A stretch of DNA of 64,000 bases from the NCBI GenBank assembly GCA_041662585.1, contig JBAZSG010000002.1, positions 13,588 to 77,587 on the forward strand, given 5' to 3'. This stretch comes from Patescibacteria group bacterium (GTDB taxonomy: Bacteria > Patescibacteriota > Patescibacteriia > UBA1558 > GWA2-36-10). A program made the position numbers and the translations under genes. Of this stretch, positions 24,268-32,613 are shown piece by piece (within the stretch, counting starts at the first letter, position 1; the number at the start of each line of letters is the position of its first letter). Below the pieces are notes generated by a model. The model was given only the letters and a program-made list of their open reading frames with translations. It was not told where the DNA came from and searched no databases.

Positions 24268-25400
24268 TATTTTATTTCTTTACTGTTTTTAAATAAACTA
24301 TAAATACTACCCCAAGCCATCAAATATAAAATAGCTATGACCAAAGGTCCCAAATAAGGCAACTTGGCTATCAAAATATAAAGTAAAATACCAAAAGCCA
24401 AAACAAATAAATTGGACCATTTGTATTTAGCCAAAAATTTATGCTTGACAAAGCTACCCAAAATCCAAGCTGCAAAAATACAAGCAAAATACATAGCTAG
24501 TCCCCACAAAACCATGAGTACGATAGCTATTGGTATACCAATAAAAGTAATGGCCAATAAAATACAAAATATAGGTGTAAGTAGTAAAAGTCCAAAACCT
24601 TGAAAAAAACTAGCTAGTGGTTTTTTATAAACCCTCTGATAAGCCGTGGCAAAAACACTAGGCCACATATATAAAATCACCATACCTAATGTCAACATAC
24701 CAAAAAACTTTATCAGCAATCCAAATGCCCGAGCACTACTTTTATCTTCTTTGGTTTTTTTAATTATTTCATTAAAAGAAACATTGCCAATAGCCGCCTT
24801 AGAATTTATTTCTACTTTTTTGAGCGCCTGATAATACAAAGTACCATTGATGACAGCATCATCTGAAATATTGATAGCGTCTTTTACTGGCTGGGTTAAA
24901 TAAATATCAGCATCGTTGTTTACTGTGCCACTAAGTCGCAAACTAGAAAAGGCTCCTTCCAAACTACCTACTTGACCAGCGACATTTAAAGCTTGCCCCC
25001 AAAAAGTTAAGTGTCCAGCCAATTTGGAATCAGCATCTACCCTAAAATTTTGACCAGCCACCATAGCATTTTTAGTGACTTCTCCTATAAAATCAATGTT
25101 TGTACCAGCTAGTCGCAAAGAACCATTTATTTTGCCCTTGATAGTAATATTGCTACCAGCGGCAAAAATGTCTCCATTGATATTTTCTGAATCAATTACT
25201 ATGGTATTGCCAGCCACAAAAACATCACCATTGACTGTACCATTTATTTCGACTGTATTACCAGCCGCATAATAATTACGATTTATTACTTGGTCTTTTT
25301 CCAAAACAACAAAATTATCATTGTGAGCTGTAAGAGCCAAAGCAGAGCTTGGTAAAACTACAAAAATAGCCAATAAAACCCATTTAAATTTTTTGAACAT
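24267..25400 (-). CDS. Membrane protein with N-terminal beta-helical (bactofilin/polymer-forming-like) repeats
   Basis: Signal peptide, repeated I.G.V.GD.F.AG units, C-terminal TM helices. Confidence 0.75.
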   Translation of the reverse strand: MFKKFKWVLLAIFVVLPSSALALTAHNDNFVVLEKDQVINRNYYAAGNTVEINGTVNGDVFVAGNTIVIDSENINGDIFAAGSNITIKGKINGSLRLAGTNIDFIGEVTKNAMVAGQNFRVDADSKLAGHLTFWGQALNVAGQVGSLEGAFSSLRLSGTVNNDADIYLTQPVKDAINISDDAVINGTLYYQALKKVEINSKAAIGNVSFNEIIKKTKEDKSSARAFGLLIKFFGMLTLGMVILYMWPSVFATAYQRVYKKPLASFFQGFGLLLLTPIFCILLAITFIGIPIAIVLMVLWGLAMYFACIFAAWILGSFVKHKFLAKYKWSNLFVLAFGILLYILIAKLPYLGPLVIAILYLMAWGSIYSLFKNSKEIK

Positions 25401-25477
25401 AAACTTAAACTTAATAATTATGTGTACATTTTAACATAATAATTAGTAAAAATACAATAATTTGTTATAATATAAGC

Positions 25478-26089
25478 ATGAAGAAATTACTACAAATAAT
25501 CAGCTATTATCTAATACCTTTGGTATTACTATTACTTACTTTTGGCATCCCTAGTAGATCTTTATTTGGGCTATTTGGTAATACAGCTCTATATCTCCTA
25601 ATTTTTACTTTGTTCTTAAAACCCATTGCCAAAATATCAGATATCAAGTTTTTGAAACATCTATTGATATATAGAAGACAATTTGGGATTGCTAGTTTTT
25701 GGTTTTTTGCTTTTCATGCGATAGGCATGTGGCAAATATATCAACTAATCAATATAGAGTTTTATCTAGACCCAAAAACAAATTTATTCTATGGAGCTCT
25801 AGCAGCGATTTGTATGATTGTTTTGGGGATGACTTCCAATACATTGGCTGTCAAAAAACTGAAAAAAAATTGGAAACGTATTCAATATATTGCTTACCCA
25901 ACTTTATTTTTGGCTCTTTATCATAGAGCATTGTTTGAGGGTGACACTACTAATTTTTATATCCTATCTGGACTTTTTATATTACTAAAAATACTAGAAT
26001 GGAATAAAATAAATATTAATGCTTTTAAAAAAAATAAAATGCCAGATTTAAACGAAGAAGAAAAAAGAGTAATTATAGATAAAAAATAA
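25478..26089 (+). CDS. Ferric reductase-like transmembrane protein (MsrQ/YedZ-like)
   Basis: RRQFGI..F..FH, TSN..AVKKL..NWKRIQ..AY..LYH. Confidence 0.8.
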   Translation: MKKLLQIISYYLIPLVLLLLTFGIPSRSLFGLFGNTALYLLIFTLFLKPIAKISDIKFLKHLLIYRRQFGIASFWFFAFHAIGMWQIYQLINIEFYLDPKTNLFYGALAAICMIVLGMTSNTLAVKKLKKNWKRIQYIAYPTLFLALYHRALFEGDTTNFYILSGLFILLKILEWNKININAFKKNKMPDLNEEEKRVIIDKK

Positions 26090-26091
26090 AC

Positions 26092-26766
26092 TTATTTTGA
26101 TTTTCTGACAAAAGCATTGATGTTCCACTCTGTGTGATATACTCCCTCTGGTTCTAAATCAAAATGAGTTTTTTTAAGTAGCGCTACTAGCTCTCCCGTA
26201 CTAAAACTATGATAATATCTCCAAACTGTATGTCCATTGTCAGTTGTCCAAGGAATAAAAAAATCATTCCAAGATTTCTTTGACCAAAATTTTTCTATAG
26301 CATAACGCCAGTATTTTTTTTGCCACAAATTCCAATTGGTCATAAAAAGCAGACCACCTGGCTTGAGCCAACGATTGGCCTTAAACAGTAAATCCAATCT
26401 TTCTTCTTTACTTGGTAAATGATGAAATGAAGCAACCATAAATATCATATCAAAAGTATTGGCTGCAAAAGATAAATCAGACATATCAGCTACTACAAAT
26501 TTTGACCGAGGATGATCTTGTCTAGCTTGAGCTATGAGCTTTTCAGAAAAATCTACTCCCAAATAATTGAGCTTTTTGTCAGCTTGTTCTAAAGATTTAA
26601 GAAGTCTACCATTGCCACAACCAAGGTCCAGTATCTTGAAATTATCCTTTATGTGTGGTATAAAGACTTGTAACTCTTTCCAAGGATAAGCGCGCGTTGC
26701 TGAAAACTCAAGCGCTATATCATTGTAGAGTAAACGTAAATCATTTTTTATTTTTTCACCTTTCAT
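26092..26766 (-). CDS. Class I SAM methyltransferase, Trm9/ALKBH8-MTase-like
   Basis: YNDIA.EFSATR..PW, LDLGCGNGR, ASFHHL....R, LKPGG, IPW, RYYH.F...EL. Confidence 0.8.
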   Translation of the reverse strand: MKGEKIKNDLRLLYNDIALEFSATRAYPWKELQVFIPHIKDNFKILDLGCGNGRLLKSLEQADKKLNYLGVDFSEKLIAQARQDHPRSKFVVADMSDLSFAANTFDMIFMVASFHHLPSKEERLDLLFKANRWLKPGGLLFMTNWNLWQKKYWRYAIEKFWSKKSWNDFFIPWTTDNGHTVWRYYHSFSTGELVALLKKTHFDLEPEGVYHTEWNINAFVRKSK

Positions 26767-28378
26767 GAATACAAAAGAAACTAATATTTTAGATAAAATT
26801 GTACTAGAATTATATACCTATAAAAATTCTAGCGAACTTGAATTTGTCAAAGCTCTACGTCAAGTATTTTCTCGTCATAAGATGACTCCCTCTAGTAAAG
26901 CTAAACTTATTGTAGCATATAAAAATTTGATTAAAAAGGGTAAATTAAAGAAAGATCAAAACTTTGAAAAACTACTGGTCAAAAGAGCAGTACGTACTAT
27001 GAGTGGTGTATCAGTGATTACTGTGCTGTCCAAACCCTTTGTTTGTCCAGGAAAATGTGTCTATTGTCCTACTGAGCCAGATATGCCAAAAAGCTACTTG
27101 TCCAATGAGCCAGCTGCAGCTCGTGCCAAAATGAATCTTTTTGATCCAATACGACAAGTCAATATGCGTATCAAAGCTCTAGAAAACAATGGTCACCAAG
27201 TAGATAAACTGGAGCTACTTATACTAGGTGGAACTTGGTCCGTTTATCCTGAAAAATATCAGAGAGATTTTGTTCGTGATCTTTTTTATGCGGCCAATGT
27301 ATTTGGCAAAAGAGGTCGAAAAAGAAAACCTCTATCTCTGGCCGAAGAGCAACTTATAAATGAAGCTACAAAATATAAGATAATTGGTCTGACTCCTGAA
27401 ACTAGACCTGACTATATAAACGAGCATGAAATAAAAAGAATGAGAGAGCTGGGTGCTACTCGTGTCCAAATTGGCGTACAGCATACAGACAATAAAATAT
27501 TAGATTTGATAGTCCGGGGGCATAGTATTGAACAATCTATCAAAGCTACCAAAATGCTAAAAGAAGTGGGTCTTAAAGTAGATCATCACTATATGCCTGA
27601 TTTACCAGGCTCAACACCTAAAAAAGACTTAGAAATGATGAAATATGTCTATAGCTCTCCTGACTTGCAACCAGATCAAATAAAAATCTATCCTTGTATC
27701 GTCAATGAATATGCCGAATTAAACAAATGGTATCAAGAGGGTAAGTACAAACCCTATTCAGCCAAACAATTATTGAATCTATTATTAAAAATAAAGGCCC
27801 TTACTCCTCCTTGGATTAGAATAAATAGATTGATAAGAGACATACCAGAAGAAAGTATTATTGCTGGAAATAGTATTACCAACTTGCGTCAATATTTACA
27901 AAGTGAATTAAAAAAACAAGGCAAGTCCTGTCAGTGCCTACGCTGTCGTGAAGTCCGAGATGATAATATAGAAGGAGAAGAAGTGATATTAGTAAAAAGA
28001 GAATACCGTGCTTCTGATGGTGATGAAATATTTATTTCTTTTGAAGCAAAAGATAATTCTAAACTTTATGCTTTTTTAAGATTGCGTTTCAATGATAACC
28101 CAACAACCAATATATTTGCTGAGCTCAAAAAGGCATCATTGGTCAGAGAATTGCATGTCTATGGTAAAATGATTCCTACTTATAGTGAAGAGCAAGATGA
28201 TGAAATATCCCAAACCCAACATATGGGTTTTGGAAAAAAATTAATGGCTGAAGCAGAAAAAATCACTCAAGAGCGAGGTCTCAATAAAATAGCTGTTATC
28301 TCTGGTATTGGCGTTAGAAACTACTATAAAAAACTTGGCTATAAACTAGAAGGTACATATATGACCAAAAAGTTATAA
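26765..28378 (+). CDS. elp3: Elp3 family radical SAM/KAT tRNA uridine(34) carboxymethyltransferase
   Basis: RTMSGV..CPGKCVYCP..PKSY, ETRPD, KIYP, RELHVYG, QHMGFG, ISGIGVRNYY. Confidence 0.93.
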   Translation: MNTKETNILDKIVLELYTYKNSSELEFVKALRQVFSRHKMTPSSKAKLIVAYKNLIKKGKLKKDQNFEKLLVKRAVRTMSGVSVITVLSKPFVCPGKCVYCPTEPDMPKSYLSNEPAAARAKMNLFDPIRQVNMRIKALENNGHQVDKLELLILGGTWSVYPEKYQRDFVRDLFYAANVFGKRGRKRKPLSLAEEQLINEATKYKIIGLTPETRPDYINEHEIKRMRELGATRVQIGVQHTDNKILDLIVRGHSIEQSIKATKMLKEVGLKVDHHYMPDLPGSTPKKDLEMMKYVYSSPDLQPDQIKIYPCIVNEYAELNKWYQEGKYKPYSAKQLLNLLLKIKALTPPWIRINRLIRDIPEESIIAGNSITNLRQYLQSELKKQGKSCQCLRCREVRDDNIEGEEVILVKREYRASDGDEIFISFEAKDNSKLYAFLRLRFNDNPTTNIFAELKKASLVRELHVYGKMIPTYSEEQDDEISQTQHMGFGKKLMAEAEKITQERGLNKIAVISGIGVRNYYKKLGYKLEGTYMTKKL

Positions 28379-28462
28379 ACTTTGACAAAAACTATAAAAT
28401 ATAATTAAATAGCCTAGCTATATAAGTACAATACAATAATTTAAAACTCATGGAGGAGAATT

Positions 28463-28900
28463 TTGCTAATATTTTATCGCTGGTCTCAACTGAGCTTTGA
28501 TCACAAACAGGACTTTCTCAACTACCTGAGAATCCTGTGTGAGCGAAAGCTCATAGCTGGAAAAAGAATAAGGCTTTTTGAAGCCATCTGTATTCCAGCC
28601 TTGGCCAATGCTGATGGCGAAATCAGCGACACCATGGACACCTACAACCAGGTAGCTCAATACGGCGTTCGGCTGTACCAGCTAAACGACCTACTGGCCA
28701 TGTACTATCAAGAACTCCACTGGCCGGTCAGCGTCAAAAAGGCTGCCCAGTACTTGGGCCTCTCGGACAGATATGTCCGAGAACTGGCCAAACGAGGCAT
28801 CCCCCATTTGGATGCCACTCTCAAAAAAGGTCGCTGGTGCATCAACCTGGTTTCAGCCAGTGATTGGCTGATTCGCCACCATAAGGTGCATATAGCCTAA
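28463..28900 (+). CDS. Hypothetical protein with C-terminal excisionase-like HTH
   Basis: VSVKKAAQYLGLSDRYVRELAKRG..KKGRW; GGAGGAG RBS before TTG; higher GC. Confidence 0.65.
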   Translation: MLIFYRWSQLSFDHKQDFLNYLRILCERKLIAGKRIRLFEAICIPALANADGEISDTMDTYNQVAQYGVRLYQLNDLLAMYYQELHWPVSVKKAAQYLGLSDRYVRELAKRGIPHLDATLKKGRWCINLVSASDWLIRHHKVHIA

Positions 28901-28920
28901 ATTAAATGGCTACCCAACCA

Positions 28921-28956
28921 AAAACCCGTCCCGAGCATAGTCGAGGGACGGGTTTT
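28921..28956 (+). terminator. Intrinsic terminator (GAGC..GTCGA family)
   Basis: AAAACCCGTCCC GAGCATAGTCGA GGGACGGGTTTT. Confidence 0.75.
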
Positions 28957-29018
28957 ATATTAATTTGTAAAAAAAATACAGTATGCTAAACTAATAGCAT
29001 TATTAATGCCTTAAAAAA

Positions 29019-30281
29019 ATGTCTAAATTAAATAATCAAGACCCTCAAATTTATAAAATATTGACTCAAGAATTAGAACGCCAAAGACAAGGCGCTGAAA
29101 TGATAGCTTCAGAAAATTTTGTATCTTTGGCAGTACTAGAAGCAACTGGGTCAGTCTTGACCAATAAATACGCCGAAGGCTACCCAGCTAAAAGATATTA
29201 TGGTGGCAATGAATTTATTGACCAGTCTGAACAACTAGCTATAGATCGTGCCAAAAAACTTTTTAAAGCAGAGCATGTCAATGTCCAACCTCATGCTGGT
29301 TCTCAGGCCAATATGGAAGCCTATTTTGCCTTGGCCAATTTGGGTGATACTATATTGGGATTTTCTCTGGCTCATGGTGGTCACCTGACACATGGTCATC
29401 CGGTCAATTTTTCTGGCAAATTTTATAACTTTGTTAGCTATGGTGTTGATAAAAAAACTGAGCGTATAGATATGGACGAAGTACGAGCACAAGCTATCAA
29501 GCACAAGCCAAAAATAATCTTAGCTGGAGCTTCTGCCTATTCAAGAAAAATAGATTTCAAAGCTTTCCGAGCTATAGCCGATGAAATTAATGCTTATTTT
29601 ATGGTGGACATGGCCCATATTGCAGGACTGGTAGCTGTTGGACTTCACCCTGATCCAATACCCTATGCTGATGTAGTGACTACTACTACTCACAAAACAC
29701 TGCGTGGTCCTCGTGGTGCAATGATTCTTTCTAAAATTAAAGACCGATTAGATCCTGCTGGCAAAAAAAATCTAGCGCAAAAAATAGACAGCGCTATTTT
29801 TCCTGGTATGCAAGGTGGCCCACTAGAACACATCATAGCTGCTAAAGCGGTCGCTTTTGGAGAAGCCTTAAAACCAGAATTTAAAAACTATCAACAACAA
29901 GTTATAGCTAATTGCAAAACTCTAGAAAATAAATTTAGAGCAGCTGGCATACGTATGATTTCAGATGGTACAGACAATCATTTACTCATGATCGATGTAA
30001 CTACGCTGGGTTTGTCGGGTAAAGAGGCTGAAAATTTACTAGATAATGTACATATTTTTACCAATAAAAATATGATTCCCTATGACCAGCGTTCTCCTAT
30101 GGATCCATCTGGTATCAGACTAGGGACTGCTGCTCTCACTACTAGAGGATTAAAAGAAGAAGCTATTAATACTGTAGCTGATATATTGATTGACACTTTA
30201 AAAACTAAAAAAGCAACCGATAAAAATAAACAGCAGATAGTAAATTTAATGAAACAATTTAAACTATACCCTGAACTATAA
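29019..30281 (+). CDS. glyA: Serine hydroxymethyltransferase
   Basis: [27 protein letters not shown]. Confidence 0.98.
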   Translation: MSKLNNQDPQIYKILTQELERQRQGAEMIASENFVSLAVLEATGSVLTNKYAEGYPAKRYYGGNEFIDQSEQLAIDRAKKLFKAEHVNVQPHAGSQANMEAYFALANLGDTILGFSLAHGGHLTHGHPVNFSGKFYNFVSYGVDKKTERIDMDEVRAQAIKHKPKIILAGASAYSRKIDFKAFRAIADEINAYFMVDMAHIAGLVAVGLHPDPIPYADVVTTTTHKTLRGPRGAMILSKIKDRLDPAGKKNLAQKIDSAIFPGMQGGPLEHIIAAKAVAFGEALKPEFKNYQQQVIANCKTLENKFRAAGIRMISDGTDNHLLMIDVTTLGLSGKEAENLLDNVHIFTNKNMIPYDQRSPMDPSGIRLGTAALTTRGLKEEAINTVADILIDTLKTKKATDKNKQQIVNLMKQFKLYPEL

Positions 30282-31114
30282 TGGACAAAATATTAGACGG
30301 TAAGGCTCTGGCTCTACAAATACAACAAAAAATTAAAGAAGAAATTGCCAAAAAACATATTAAACCAAGCTTGGCTATTATTTTGGTAGGCGAAGATCCA
30401 GCTAGCCAGCTTTATGTATCAAAAAAGAAAATAGCTTGCCAAGAAGTGGGTATTGATTTTCATGAATATTTTATGTCTGCTGATACAACCGAAAAAACTC
30501 TTTTAGAAACTATAGACTTTTTAAATAAAGACCAAGATACTGATGCCATACTTGTCCAGCTTCCCTTACCAAAAAAATTTGATACTAATAAAATAATAAA
30601 AGCTATTGATCCAAAAAAAGATGTAGATGGTTTTCATCCACAAAATATCCAATATTTTTTAAAAAACAAAGCTTATATTACACCGGGATTGCCTTTGGGA
30701 ATACTAAAACTACTAGAAGAAAGCCAAGAAGACTTGGCCAATAAATATGCTGTCATAGTATCTCGCTCAAAAGTCTTTTCCCAACCAATGATAAAAATAC
30801 TAGAGGATAGAAAAATGAAAGTATCTTTGATAAACCCTCAAGCTGACAATCTAAAAGAAGCCACTTTAAAAGCTGATGTTTTGATAGTGTCTTGTGGTCA
30901 ACCATTTTTAATAAAAGAAGACATGATAAAAGCTGATTCCATCATCATAGATGTTGGTACAAATAAAATAGACAACAATTATGTTGTCGGCGATGTTGAT
31001 TATTCAACTGTTTTTCCTAAGGTTAAATTCATCACGCCTGTGCCAGGCGGAGTAGGACCCATGACCGTAGCGATGTTGCTTTATAACACCGTTAAACTAG
31101 CTAAGCTAAAATAA
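30281..31114 (+). CDS. folD: Methylene-THF dehydrogenase/cyclohydrolase
   Basis: LVQLPLP, KDVDGFHP, TPVPGGVGPMT. Confidence 0.97.
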   Translation: MDKILDGKALALQIQQKIKEEIAKKHIKPSLAIILVGEDPASQLYVSKKKIACQEVGIDFHEYFMSADTTEKTLLETIDFLNKDQDTDAILVQLPLPKKFDTNKIIKAIDPKKDVDGFHPQNIQYFLKNKAYITPGLPLGILKLLEESQEDLANKYAVIVSRSKVFSQPMIKILEDRKMKVSLINPQADNLKEATLKADVLIVSCGQPFLIKEDMIKADSIIIDVGTNKIDNNYVVGDVDYSTVFPKVKFITPVPGGVGPMTVAMLLYNTVKLAKLK

Positions 31115-31168
31115 TAATAATTTTAAAAGCCGGTCATCACTGATGTGACGACCGGCCTCTTTGTCGCA

Positions 31169-31513
31169 TTAGAGAGAAGACGCGACGAATTTTTCGAAAG
31201 CTTCACAGCGTTCAGGATGACTTTTGTCATATATCCTTATCACCCTCTCGGAGAGTGCTTCGTGGCTCACTCTACTACGATTCGTCCCCATATATTCCAG
31301 CATCAGCCCAGTATTAATGTTGTCAGACACCAGAGCGATACTGCCGTCCGACATTTCCAAGAGATCACCTCGTTCTGCCTGACGCAATTCCTTACACATC
31401 TGAGCAATTCTCTCTTTTTCTACTTTTGTCCGACCACTGCCGCAGCCAGACAAAATTACCAATACCAAGCAGCAAAATAATGCCGCAACTGTAAAAACGA
31501 CTAGCTTCTTCAA
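31169..31513 (-). CDS. Orphan putative lipoprotein
   Basis: GGAGG RBS, TTG start, hydrophobic signal with LSGC lipobox, own TTGACA..TATAAT promoter; higher GC. Confidence 0.6.
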   Translation of the reverse strand: MKKLVVFTVAALFCCLVLVILSGCGSGRTKVEKERIAQMCKELRQAERGDLLEMSDGSIALVSDNINTGLMLEYMGTNRSRVSHEALSERVIRIYDKSHPERCEAFEKFVASSL

Positions 31514-31679
31514 AGTCCTCCACTAGAGCCTCTGGGCTCTCTGTTAAATTGTGTAATTGTACTAAGTTATAATCAATTATTATACAATAAATAAGCTTTT
31601 TGTCAATCCTATCCCCAACTTTCAACAATAAAGCAATCAATAAAAAAACATCCCGTTCAAGACGGGATATTGATTATTT

Positions 31680-32474
31680 TTATAACAAAGTATTTTGCCA
31701 AGAATTCATCTTGCCCACTACTCGCATAGCTTTGATCCTGTCCAAATCAAACATTCGTAAAGCATCTCGCAAATGACAAAAGGCTTTAATCTTTTGACCA
31801 TTTATATTTTGAATATCAATCTTCCTGGTGGTTACTTCACCTTTTTCATCAATATAGTCTATCTCTATTTGATCACCATTTTTTAAAGCATTTTTTATTT
31901 TTTCTTCAATGGTAATATTGCCATTTTGTCTGCCCCAACGAGCTACAATATTTTCTTTGCGTCCAGCATTGTGATACCAAATATTTCCATGAACCAAACC
32001 ATAGTCATAAACCTCTTTGGTAACTTTGACATCATCTAAACAATATTTGATAAGGCTATCCCAATTATTACTTCTATAATAAGCAATAGCATCTAGTCCT
32101 GAGCCAGACTTTCCATAGCCCAGTGTAGACTGAGCTACACTTTCCAATTTTAATCGATGACCCAAAGCATGAACTACTTCTTCTAAAATATCTAAATGGG
32201 GTATAGAAAATAAATCAAAATCTTTGTAGTAAGGTTGAAGTACTGTGAGGTCAAAACTTTTACTATTGAAACCAATGAGTAATTTAGTGTTTTTTAAGAG
32301 CTCTAGCAGCTCGCCAAATTCCTCTTCTCTAAAGCCACGATATTTATCTTTGTTGTATGAATATACTCCAACCAAAGACACTCCCAATTTATGTAAATTG
32401 TGATGTCCACCCACCTCATCAAAGGTTTTTTTGGTTTCTAAATCCAAAACTATTATGTCTTTTTCTTCTTCCAT
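31680..32474 (-). CDS. YprB/RNase_H_2-like DEDD exonuclease domain fused to a C-terminal WYL domain
   Basis: LDLET, IGFNSKSFD, YCLDDV; C-terminal IEIDY....GEVTTRKI..AFCHLR...RMF.LDRI. Confidence 0.75.
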   Translation of the reverse strand: MEEEKDIIVLDLETKKTFDEVGGHHNLHKLGVSLVGVYSYNKDKYRGFREEEFGELLELLKNTKLLIGFNSKSFDLTVLQPYYKDFDLFSIPHLDILEEVVHALGHRLKLESVAQSTLGYGKSGSGLDAIAYYRSNNWDSLIKYCLDDVKVTKEVYDYGLVHGNIWYHNAGRKENIVARWGRQNGNITIEEKIKNALKNGDQIEIDYIDEKGEVTTRKIDIQNINGQKIKAFCHLRDALRMFDLDRIKAMRVVGKMNSWQNTLL

Positions 32475-32528
32475 TTATATTATTATATCAAAACTTATTT
32501 ATGCTTACCAATCACTTTGTAAATAGTC

Positions 32529-32596
32529 ATTACTCATATTTTGTCCCACGGCTCCGTTGCTGCGCAAAGTCGCCGCTGTTACAAAATATTCGTAAT
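32529..32596 (-). repeat. Long hairpin with a 23-nt conserved apical core, copy 1 (3' of pcrA/uvrD)
   Basis: Core 32551-32573 is the exact reverse complement of 35835-35857. Confidence 0.8.
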
Positions 32597-32613
32597 TATA
32601 TAATTTTAAAATA

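Noticed and set aside
31145-31480. Plus-strand 111-aa ORF
   Set aside because: Antisense shadow of the minus-strand ORF, which has the RBS, promoter and lipobox.
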